Part shown: piece after piece, positions 13,001 through 24,699 of the stretch
How positions within the stretch are numbered: the first letter of the stretch is position 1
Layout: every line of letters starts with the position of its first letter
DNA from: Cenococcum geophilum
Lineage: Eukaryota
Length of the DNA: 64,000 nt
Direction: 5' to 3'
Assembly (NCBI GenBank): GCA_050273025.1
Contig: CP158635.1
Coordinates: forward strand, 17,298,001-17,362,000
Notes under the pieces: model-generated
Told to the model about the DNA's origin: nothing
The model's database searches: none
What the model saw: the letters and a program-made list of their open reading frames with translations, nothing else
Position numbers and translations under genes: made by a program

Positions 13001-16000
13001 ACTCATATTAATCCTCGTCTTTTAAGTAGATCAAAATGTCATCTAAATAGACGACGCATATGCGGTCAACTAGTCCCCCTAAGGCTCTGTAAATATACAA
13101 TTAGAATATTATAGGCGCATTAGCTAGCCCAAAAGGCATCACTAGATACTTAAAGTGGCCGTATTAGGTCTTAAAAGCGGTCTTTCACTTATCCCCTTCT
13201 TTAATACGGAGCCTATAATAGGCGTCTTGTATATCTAACTTTATAAAGATCTTCGCCCTAAATAGTTAATCCAGCATTTTACTAACCAGTAGTAGTAGGT
13301 AACGGTTCTTAATTATAATCTTATTAAGACCGCGATAGTCTATATATAGCCTTATAGTTCTATTTAGTTTTAGGATAAAGAGGATCGGCACGCCTAACGG
13401 CAACTTACTAGGCTAGATCCATCCCTTTTTTAGTAAGCCATTAAGGTACTCCTATAGGATCTTAAGCTCTTTACGCAAGAGGTTATAGATAGGAAGGTTC
13501 GGCGGTTATTTACCTTCTTCTAAATTAATTACGTGATCGTACTCCAAGTTCTATGGTAGGACTTTAGCTCTCCTACCTAAAAATACCCTTAGTAAGTCCC
13601 TTAGGCCTACTAGAATATTTAATAAATCGGGGTCGTGTTTGTCCTCCGCGTTATCGTTAGGTAGGTCCCGGAGCTCCCTTAGGATACTTATAGGCAGCGT
13701 TATACGCTATAGTAGTTACTTATTTATAGTTGCCACCATATATTAAACCGTTTCATGTGGTAGCCAATAGAGGGTAGGGAACTCCTTAACGCAGCGTTTA
13801 AGGTGCCATAGTATACTCTTTGTATATTACTTAAGCCAGAGTAACCCGTAGCGGTTAAAGTATCTTATAAGATTCTTAAGATCGCCGCCTCCCTATAATA
13901 TCTCCGCGACCTATCCAGTAGTTCCCCATAGGGTCTCCATTATAAAGGGGTTATCACCTATACTAAGCTCTATACCTATCTTACTATTAAATAGGGGTTA
14001 GATCCGATACTCCTTTAGGTATAGAGCGTATACTATTTTACCTAGGGCTACATTCTCTAGGATGTCCTTTAGGCTTATTAGTAATATACGCCCTTCCAAA
14101 TCTTTATCGTTTCACTATTTAAAGGCTCCTGTCTTAAAGTATATCTTAGGATCTGCTTCCGCAAGCTAAGGGTATCTAAGGATAAGGTTATAACCTACAA
14201 AGTTAGCCGCCTAAAAGGGTTATAGGCTAACCGCCTTAGTACGGTTGTGTATATTAGCCACTAACACTATAAGCTTATAGGCACTATATAGCTTGATCCA
14301 ATACTTATCCAGAAAGCCTATAATAGGTTTCCACTACCTTTACAATAGGATAAGTTTATGCTCTTTTACTAAATCATATTATATAAGATTAATTTCGGCG
14401 CTATTATTATATAGTACTTATAACTATTATATCTTACCTATAGGGAGTGTTATTTCTAGCTTAACAGCAATACGGAGAGTCTTTCCTTCCGTATCTTACC
14501 CTAGTTGCAGCTAAAAGAGGTCCGCGACTAGGGCTTTTCTTTTTTTAGATTGTTAGTGCGGTTATTACCCTACTTATTTTTCTAATAAGATCTACCTCTA
14601 GAGTTTTCTCTTAACTTCTTAAAGTATTCCTATAAAGGTGCTAGATGGGTGTCGAGTTAGCCCTAGGAGTCTTTCCCGTTATTTAAGGTTCCTAACTTTA
14701 ACCCTTCTAAAGTTCTCTTTAAGAACGGCTTCTTTAAAGGTTAGGTCTGCCCTACATTACTACTAGAGTGCCCGCGCTTTTAGTAACCCCCTAGCTTCCT
14801 ACCGGAAGAGGTCTAGTTCCTTACCGCGTCTTTAGCGTTTAGAACTACTCGTTCGAAATCCGTATATATAGTAATCCGCAATAGGGCTCCCACGCGCTTT
14901 ATTTCATCATAAATTGCTAGCTTAATTCTAGCCCAAATAAACCCAATCTTCTCCTTCTTATAGATACTACCGTCCTTATTTTTAAAGGGCTCTAGATCTA
15001 TTTATTAAGCATAAATTTCTACAAAGTTTATAAACTGGCGGAAGTTATAGCGGTCCAGCTATGTCCTATTCTAGAATAGCTCTATATTATTATATTGTAC
15101 AACATACGGATCTTAAGTCCATTTCTTTAGGAAGGTTTGCAGCTATGGCTATATAGTAATTTACTCTTTATTAAGCTGATTAAGTGCAATCTAGTTTAGC
15201 GATTAGCCTTTAATCTTGCTAATAATCCAGCATATACGCTCTTTAGTATCATCTTATATCATTAGCATCTTAAAGAAGTTGTCTACCTTACGAACCCAAT
15301 CGTCTAACTATTAGGCGTTAGGTCTATAGCGGAGTTCTAGACTACTAAAGGCCTTAGCTAGTTAGTCTATGTCCTTTTTCTATTTATAGCGTAGATAACT
15401 CTCTAAGTCTTCCACACCTCCTTAGGTAAATACTAGGTAGCTCCCGGAAAGCCCTTAGCCTTAACTAGGTTATAAAAGAATTTACCTAGCTTAGATTAAA
15501 CCCTGCTAGATCTGGATTTGCCCTTAAAGGGTTCTAATATATTTATTAGTAGCTTCCTCCCGCATGGCTTCTAAGAGCCTTACGACAGCTTCCTAATATC
15601 CGTTTTAAAGGAGATTAATATAGGGCTCTTAACCTTCCGAACTCGGGCCTAGGGAGGCTCCTGCTATAGAGGTAGTATTAATACTAGTAGCTAGTATAGG
15701 CTTCCCAACAAGGCTCGGGTCCTAAGTTAGTAATTAGCTTAGATTACCTAAAGGGGTAGGCCCGCTTGGCTTATAAGCAGTTTATACACCGCCACTATAC
15801 CGATTATAGGCTAGTAGTATTCCGGGAGGGTTCCAGTTGGTTCCCTAGTTAGACGCGTTAGTATATTCCTCTAGCATTTCTAGCTTAGGGGAAGATCTTA
15901 GAGTCGCCTCTAGCGCTTAATCTTCTAATTGGCCTGGGTAGGGCCAGAGGGGTTCCGGTTGCTTTCTAGCAGCGTTGTGACCGTTATAGAGGGTGTCTGT

Positions 16001-16100
16001 ATTTTCCTTAGCGGTGACTATAGGTGTGCGAGAGTCTTCGAGCTCCTAGAGCATCTAGGTATTAGGGCTTATTTAACCGTCTTACCTAGAGGGTTATATT
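10090..16100 (-). pseudogene. gag-pol of gypsy A (gag, PR, RT, RH, IN, chromodomain)
   Basis: CVVYLDDILIY at ~13028-13060, integrase GPF motif at ~10522-10533, chromodomain-like region at ~10200-10350. Ends are approximate. Confidence 0.9.
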
Positions 16101-16512
16101 GTCGCAATCTCTCACTATTAGAGGGACCTTCCTGCCTTTACGCGACGGCTTTCTATAAGGTATCCGTAGAGTTTCCATTTAGGTTATCGCGAGATTTTAA
16201 GGGAAGATGGTGGTTATTAACAAAAGATATAAACAAACAATCTGGTCCTTAAAGCCGACTACCCTTCTAAAAAAGAGTAGGAAGGATTTAAATATAAGGG
16301 GATCTTATAGACAGGGGGCTATAAGGACACAATTGGAATAGGATAGATTGGTAAAAAAGACAAATCCTTAAGGAGGTAAGGCCTTTGGGATTGTAGAGAC
16401 TATATACTACAGGCACGTACCTCCGGTACGTAACCGGCGACCATCTAAGGGGCGTCTAGGGGTTGTCCTAAGGGCAACCCAAGGTGTCCGCAATAATATC
16501 CCTTACAGCCCC

Positions 16513-19500
16513 CTTACCTAAAAGACCGCTATAAAAGAAGGATAATTAAAAGGTAGTGTAGAGCGAGCTAGAGGGCTAACTCTAGCCCCTATATAGACTT
16601 CTATGTAATATAAGAGACGAACTAAACGCGCTAGTAAAGGCTATATACTAGGCGATTAAGAATACTATAGTAAAAATAGTACCTAACGCGTGGCCCTCGC
16701 CGTAAGCCTTTAAAGTATAGTTAAAGGAATATATAAAAGTAGTAAAGGAAACCTAGTAGGCCTTTTAGGCGTAAAAGGTCTTTTAGTTAGTACCTAACTA
16801 GATTAACTATAGAGTCATATAAAATAAGAAGAAAAGGGTAATCTAATAAGAGGCTAATAAGCTATAGAGGAGGATCGTTAAAAAGTTAACAAATAACCCT
16901 AAAGGGATGTAGAGAATAGTAAAAAGGGCATATATAGCGGACGGGAAGCCGAAGGCCCTACTATAGTTTCCTCCTATTAGCAGACTAGGAGAGGAGACCC
17001 TATACTATAATAATAAGGAGAAGGCTACTATCCTTATAGAGTAGTTCTTCCTACTACCTATAGAGGCGGACCTTAGTAATATACTAGGGTTTATATACCT
17101 AGAGCCACGAATAGTAAAGGAAGTAGTTAAAGAGGAGGATATTATTACAGCCTTAAAGGTACTTGCCCCTAATAAGGCCCTAGGTCTAAAAAAGATTACT
17201 AATTAATTCCTTAAGATATATAGAGAGTAGCTAGCCCTAGTATTAGCTAAACTCTTTAGCAGCTATATAGTAATTAAACATTACCTAAAACCGTTTAAAA
17301 ACTCTATTATAGTAGTCCTCCAAAAACTATAAAAGCCATCCTATACTATAGCAAAGGCCTACTAGCTAATTGCGCTGCTTAATACTATTAGGAAGCTATT
17401 TAAGAGAATAGTAGCTAGCTAACTATCTAAAATTACGGAAAAGATGGGTATGCTACTAGCTAGTTAGATAGGAGTAAGGCTAGGGCGCTTAATATAGATA
17501 GCACTAGAGCTATTAACCTAATAGGTATATATAGTATAGAGGAGTAACCTAAACCTAGTAGCCTTATTACTTAGCCTTAATATTTCTGGGGCCTTCGACT
17601 AAGTCTTTTATAAAAGAATAATCTATAATATAAAGGCCTAAGCCGTGCCCTATTAGATAGTATAGTTTATAAAGTCCTTCCTTAAGGATTAAATAATAAG
17701 GCTCTTAATTAGAGGATATATGGTATAAATAATATAAATAAATACTAGTATACCCTAAGGCTTAGCGCTGTCGCTAATTCTATTTCTCTTTTTTACCTAT
17801 ATACTCCTACTAGAGCTATAAGGGGGAACCACTATAGCATTCGGATTTATTAATAACTTTAATATACTAACGTATAGTAAGACTATAGAGGAGAACTATA
17901 GAACTATAGAAAGGGCGTATAAGGTATATACGGTATAGGCACGCCAGTATAGGGTAGTATTTGCCCCTAAAAAGTACTATTTTATCTATTTTATAAGGAG
18001 CTATAAGAAGTTTAATATAAAGGCTATAGCTAATATAGATAGCTTTACAGAAGGCTTAGTTAGTAACCTACGCGTATTAGGGGTATAGGTTAACTTAAAG
18101 CTTAAATAGGGACCGTATGTTAACATTATTAAGATAAAGGTAATTACTTAAATAGCCGTACTAACCTAGCTTACGGCCTTTATATAGGGCGCCTCCTCCT
18201 AGAAGGCGCGGATAGTATACTCCGCTATAGTCTGGCCGGCAATCTTATATAGATATAGTACCTAGTACTCGCCACCGGAGTAGATAAAGCCTAAGGAGAT
18301 AAGCAAAACTAAGCAGTGCTAGCTGGGCGTAGTATAAAACTTATACCTCCGCGCCATTTTAGGGGCGCATAAATTAACGCTAATAGTAGTACTGGAGCAT
18401 AAGATAGGGTTTTTACCGCTTTAAATACACCTTAAGGAGCTAGCTATAGCCTATACGGAAAGGACTCTAAAAGGACTAGTAAGAGAGTATATTAAGAGGG
18501 AGTGTAATACTATATAGGCTATAATAGCCTACTAACTCTGGCCTAAAATAAAGCTATTAATGCGGCCTACTAAACGGGATAAGCTTAAGAGGATAGCGGC
18601 TGCTATTTTAGGGACAGATATACGGCTAATAAACTTATCTAAAGCGTAGTATAAGAGAAGTAGAAGGGCTAGGGTATAAGAGGCGTTTAAGGAGTAGTAG
18701 AAAAGGGAATAGGAAAAGTACTAAAGTAAGCTTACCTACTATACAACGGCCTAGGCCAAGCTATAGAATAAGGAAGTCTTTAAACGCCACGCGAGGCTTA
18801 TAAAGGTAGAGAGTATAATTAATATACTGCTTAGAACTAAGTATATAGGGCTTAATAGATACCTCTACTACTAAAAAGTACTAGGGCACCTAACTCCGGC
18901 CTGCCTATACGGCTATAGCCAACAATTAATAATATATATAGTGGTATTCTGCCCTAGACACGCTACTAGCTAGGCGGAAATATATTACTATGCTAGAATA
19001 TCTTTATATAAAGAGCTCCTAACTAAGCTAAAGGTTGCTAAGGTAGTTATAAACTAGTTTATATAGATAAACCTTTTACTAAACCTTTTATTTGCTAGAG
19101 AGCTGGCTAGAGTAAAAAGAGGAGGCTAGGAAGTGCTTTAAGAGGCGGAGAATAAATACTATAGGGATAGTAGGATATAGTAGAATTTTATAGGTAGCAA
19201 TCTAGTAGAAGTTAATAGAACTCTAGCAATCTAGTAGAATTTAGCAGAACTCGTTAACCTAGTAAAATTTAGTAGAGTTTGGCAACCTAATAGAAGTTAG
19301 TAGAACTTTAGCAACCTAATAGTATTTAGCAGAGTTTTGGCAACCTAATAGAATTTAGTAGAGTTTTGGCAACCTAACAGAAGTTAGCAGAATTTTAGTA
19401 ATTTAGTAGAATTTAATAACTTAATAGAATTTGGCAGAACTTTAGCAACCTAGCAAAATTTAGCAGAATTTAGTAACCTGGCAGAATTTGGAAGAAGTTA

Positions 19501-19920
19501 ATATCTTAGCAAAACTTAGTAAAACTTAGCAAGTTATAGAGCTGCGGACGTTAACGTAGATGTAAATGACGGAACCTTTTACACCACTACTAGCCTTATA
19601 GGCCACCGGCCTACGCCCTACCTAGATAACTAGAGCAGCTAGGAACGGAACCTAGGCCCTAGCTATATACCCTACTAGATAAACCTAGGAGTACGCATTA
19701 AGATGGCTTTTCTATAGCGCCTTAAAGAGACGTTTACTTATGCTTGGCAGTTACTAATTAGGGGAGAGGCTATATAGGCTGTATAACAAGAGAAGGAGAG
19801 GTTTTATTTAGCCCTAGCTATACGGTTCCCCTCTTATATATATATATATATACCTATATAGACCCGCTATATAGGCCCTAACGGGAGCCGCAATAGCGTA
19901 ATTAAATATCATAACATAAT
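16513..19920 (+). mobile_element. Tad1-like LINE-2, 3' part (RT, C-terminal Cys motif, long 3' UTR)
   Basis: AY(RP)IALLNTI(G)KL at ~17357-17399, AFGFI(DD) at ~17837-17858, CP(C)GY...H...FCP at ~18901-18955. 3' stem-loop and (CATAA)-like tail at ~19860-19920. Confidence 0.9.
19195..19540 (+). repeat. Degenerate minisatellite (GGCAACCTAGCAGAATTTAGCAGAA-type units) in the LINE-2 3' UTR
   Basis: Directly visible tandem units built on GCAGAA/GTAGAA. Confidence 0.85.
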
Positions 19921-19924
19921 ATAT

Positions 19925-20560
19925 AGGTAGTTAAAATATATAAAGTATTAAAATACGCTATTAAGTATGCGGATATTAGCCTTTTAAAGCGTACAATTAC
20001 TTATCTTTACCTTTACTTTGCCGGATTAAGGAGCAATAACTATATATTTAAAATAATATACTTTTAGAGGTTAATTATAACGGAGGTATATAACTTAGTG
20101 CTTTAATGGGCTGTACTAGTAAATAGGCTAATTAATAATCGCGGAGAGCTAAATAGCTTTTTTAAAGCTGATCGACTTAATAAACTACTAAATCTTTAGC
20201 TAAAGGAGTTACTTTAATTACACGGAAACTTAACCTTTAGAGTAGACTCTCTATTTAGGTAGAGTGTTCTTACTATAAGCTATACTAGACCTCTTTATAC
20301 TAAGTTTAAGGACGCGTTTAGTAAGCGGACAATATCTAATTATATAATTAAGTTTCCCGCGGTTAGTGTTTAGTCCCTTATAAATATAATTACTAAGGAC
20401 TTAATTATGCGTTAGTATATACAGGACGTTAGGTTTAAGGCACCTACTATTCTTTAATTTAGATTAGAGCGGCTCTTATAGGGTAGTATTACTAATTTTA
20501 ATATATAGATATCCTATATTAGCGGTTTACTATACAACCCTTATAAGGACTGATTTAATA
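19925..20560 (+). pseudogene. C-terminal part of a DUF6589/Academ-type transposase
   Basis: RIP-reversed translation HLYFAGSRSNNY.FEM...LANGLVNNRGE.NSFFEADRLNELLNLQLK matches the vN..G....f..D...E..N...K pattern. The family assignment is from recall. Confidence 0.7.
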
Positions 20561-20952
20561 AGGCTATAGATAATATACTAAAGGACTTTTAAATACTTAG
20601 GCTTATAGTACGTTTCTATCTTAATATATTAAGCTAGTTCTTTTTATTAATATTAATTCTAGCTAGCGTATAATCTTCTTAATGTATAGTATATAACGTA
20701 GCAGTTAGCTATTTTATAGTGCGGATATATAAATCTCTTTATTTTAGCTTATATAGATATCTTTACCTTAACTTATACAGATATCTTCACCTTAGCTTAT
20801 ACGGATATTACAATATTAATTAAGTATATTTGTTAAATATAAGTTAAGACTTAATTCCTATATATATAGTAGTAAAAAGGTAAGAGCTACTATTTTATTA
20901 TTATAAACCCGTACCAATAGCTAACATATAGTAATAGCTAACTTATATCTAC

Positions 20953-22496
20953 TCATTTAATATCTAGTAGCCTAGTATTACGTATAAGTGCAATAACACC
21001 ACACCTTAGGAACGCAAACTTATCCTTTATCTTACTTAAAGAATCTCTAAACTTATTTAACCGGCGGTCCATAGCTTAAACATCTTTCGCTATATTAGTT
21101 ACCCATTTATAAACTATATTAACGCGCGTAGAAACAGCAATTGCTAAATATACCCTAATAGATTCCGTGCTAGTAAAAGCGGTAGCAGTAATAGTAGCAC
21201 CTAGCGTGCTAGCAATTGGTAAAAGAGTTAAAGGAGCAGTAGTAAAGTAGGTGCCTTTACGGCCGCGCGTACTACTATAAGTAGGAGTCTTAATAGGGGG
21301 GGAGGTCTTAGTGGGGGGGGAGAGGCGTAGTAGCGTGGGTGGAGATAGTATGAGAACGAAGCTATACGGATATTAGTAATATCCGTATTATTAATACGCG
21401 GATATTATACCTTCTTAGCAGGCGTTTTAGCTAGACTATTAGCAGAAGCTAACTTTATACGTTTTTTTACCCTAAAGTATAACCCGCTCTAGATTTAGTA
21501 AACTTTTTTATACGCGTATTAGTTAACAGAATAATAGTATACTATTAGCACGTACCTTTCCGCACGACCTACTACCCACATAATATCTTAAGCACGTACC
21601 CTTAAAATAAGGCCTAAAGTCCTTTTTATAAACATAATATTTGTGGCTATACTTCTTATATAGAGTATATAGTAGGTTACGCAGCTTACTAAAGCTACCC
21701 TTAATATTCTAGACGTGTGTTAATATCCGCTAGCAACTTTCCTTTATATTTTCCTTTATATTAGCTTTTAGAATATACCATTTATTTGCTAACGGTACTT
21801 AGATAAAAAGGCGCTTATTTATATTTATGGTACTGCGGAGATTATAAGGGCTGCGGAGATTGCGAGGGCTGCGGAAATTGTAAAAGTTGGCGTTATTAAG
21901 ATCTTTATCTTTACCGCTATTTAAAGGTTTGCTATCTAAAGGGACCTTATAAATATTTAGGTTACTATAAGAGGTAAATTAGTAGATAAGATATTAAAAT
22001 AGTATAACTAATATATATAATTTAATGGCTATCTTAGCCTTTAAATTTATATTAGCAGCCTTTTTAGCCTACTTTTTAAGAAAAGAAGATAAATAAGCCT
22101 TATTAAGTCTCCTTTTAAAAGTATTAGGTAGTGGTAATAGGGAGGCAAATAGCAAAGAAGCGGATAATAAAGTAGTCTACGGCAAAGATGCAGGCAATGG
22201 AAAGGCAGGCAGTAAAAAGGTGCGCGGATTTTTAGCAAATTTTATTTTATCTATATTTTTATTATCTACTAAATCCTATAAAGAGCGCTTTAGTATATAT
22301 TTTCTAAAATCACATTAGCTATAGGCACAATTTAGTACTAGAAAGCTTACTCTGTAAGAACAGAGTCTAAAGGCTTAGTAAGAGCTTTTATAGCGTACTT
22401 AATAGCATCCTCGTTTATTTCGCGTATATTAAGTTTCTTAACTACCTAGCTGCTGTTATTCGCATTAATATCGTTTATAGGTATAAATAAAGGCAT
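20953..22496 (-). pseudogene. Intron-containing gene with a Zn(II)2Cys6-like motif and C-terminal coiled coil, tandem copy 1
   Basis: ATG at 22496, Ser/Pro-rich region, GT..CTAAC/CTAAT..AG introns. Cys motif at ~21556-21690 ending GTC.R(C)....RSC.K|GTACGT. TGA at 20953-20955. Confidence 0.6.
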
Positions 22497-22918
22497 TATA
22501 GATAGTAAAATACTAAGGGATAGTAGATAAAACAACAATAATAAAGTTTATAGTGCGGTCCTATAAAGTAGAAAGTTAGTAGAGAAAGAAGAGGTATAGA
22601 GGTTAATTAAAGGTAAATATCCACGCTACTAATTTTATTAAATTAGCTTACTAACAAATAATTGCTACTATAGTGACTTACCTTAGTAATTATTAATGGT
22701 GCGGATATATAAATATCTTTACCTTAGCTTATATAGATATCTTTATCTTAGCTTATATAGATATTATAATATTAATTATATCTATTAAATATAAGGCAGA
22801 GACTTAATTCCTACATATATAGTAGCAGAGAGGTAAGAGCTATTATTTTATTACTCTAAACCCGTAATAATAGCTAACTTATAATAATAGCTAACTCGCA
22901 GTAATAGCTAACCGGCAT

Positions 22919-24439
22919 TTACTTAAATTCTATATTTAGTAACCCGGCGTTATATATAAGTGCTATAATACTACGCCTTATAAACGCAAGCTTATCCTTT
23001 ATCTTGCTTAGAGAATCTTTAAGCTTACTTAACTAGCGATCTATAGCCCGAATATCTTTCACTATCTTAGTTACCTATTTATAAACTATATTAACTCATA
23101 TAGAAATAGCAATTGCTAAATACACCCTAATATTTTCTATACTAGTAGAAGCAGCAGTAGTACCGGAAGTAGCACTAGGCGTACTAGGAATTAGTAAAAA
23201 AATAATAAAAGTAGCGGTAAAACGGGTGCCCCTATAACTGCGTATATTACTATAAGTAAAAGTCTTAGGGGAAGGGGAGGTCTTTAAAGGGGGGATAGTG
23301 CGGGTATAAAGCTATGCGGATATTAGAAATATCCATATTATTAAGATGCAGATATTATACCTTCTTAGTAGGCATTCCGGCTAAACTACTAGTAGAAGCT
23401 AATTATATACGTTTTTTACGCTAAGGTATAACCGGCTCTAGTCTTAGCAAACTATCCTATATATAGGTTGGCTAATAGAATAATAGTATACTATTAGTAT
23501 ATACTTTTTTACATAACCTGCTACTTAAGTAATATCTTAAGTATATACCTCTAAAATATAGCCTAGAGTTCTACTTATAAACGCGATATTTATAGTCTTA
23601 CTTAACGTATAGAGCGTATAGCGGATCGCGCAGTATACTAGAGCTACCTTTAATATTCTAGATATAGGCATATATCCACTAGTAAGCTTCCTTTATATTC
23701 TCCTAAGCACTAGCTTTTAGAGTATACTATTTATTTACTAACGGCACTTAAATAGAAAGGCGCTCGTTTATATTAATATCTAATATTATAACTTAGGCTG
23801 TCTGCGTACTATAGAGCTTATAAGGGCTATAGAGATTATAAAAGAATAGAGGAGGGCTTTTAGGAGAGTCGGCATTATTAAGATTATTCTCTTTATTATT
23901 ATCTAAAATCTCTAATATTTCTATTAGATTACTATAAGAGGTAAATTAGTAGATAAGATACTAAAAGAGTATAGTTAATATATACGATTTAAAGGCTATC
24001 TTATACTAAACATTTTGCGTAATAATTTTATTAGCTTATCTTTTAAGAGAAGCAAAAGTATAATAAGGATTAAACTTTCTAGAAGTAGCAGGCAATAAAG
24101 AAATAAGCGGCTTAAAGGTAGGCGGTAAAGAGGTAAGTGGTAAAGAAGTAGGCGGCAAAGAGGTAGGTAGTAAAGAGGTAAACGGATTTCCGGCGGATTT
24201 CGTAATAACCTTATTATAGTGCTCTGCTAGATCTAATAAAAAGTGCTTTAGTACATATTTCCTAAAAATATATTAGCTGTAGGCATAATTTAGTATTAGA
24301 AAGCTTACTCTTTAGGTAGAAATTCTAAAGAATTAGTAAAAGAAAGAGCGTCCTTAATTATTTCATCGTTAACGTCGCGCGTATTAAGTTTTTTAATTAA
24401 ATAGCTATCGGACGTATTTAGAGGTATAAAAGAAGGTAT
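22919..24439 (-). pseudogene. Intron-containing gene with a Zn(II)2Cys6-like motif, tandem copy 2
   Basis: Colinear with copy 1 (units ~20718-22696 and ~22697-24620). RIP-reversed consensus (C)AL(C)VEQGHKCRV.KRNSGL.FRGTCSRCHSSSRSCEK. Confidence 0.6.
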
Positions 24440-24699
24440 TATAGATAGTAGTATACTAATAGATAGTATATAAAATAACAATAATAAAGTTTACGGTATA
24501 ATACTATAAGGTAGAAGGTGTGGAGGTTAATTAAAGGTAAATATCCACGCTATAGATTTTATCGAATTAGCTTACTAACAAATAATTACTATTATAGTGA
24601 CTTACCTTAGTAAATATTAACTACCTTATATACGCTTATTTGTAACGCGCAAATCCTTTATAATTAAGTTACTACTAATTAAAGTAATTAGGCGCTGTC

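Larger units (their letters stand above)
7602..16507 (-). mobile_element. Complete Ty3/gypsy chromovirus, family A, RIP-inactivated
   Basis: 215-bp LTRs at 7602-7816 and 16293-16507. TSD GCCCC at 7597-7601 and 16508-16512. PPT (minus-strand GAAGGGGGGGG) next to 7816. Confidence 0.96.
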
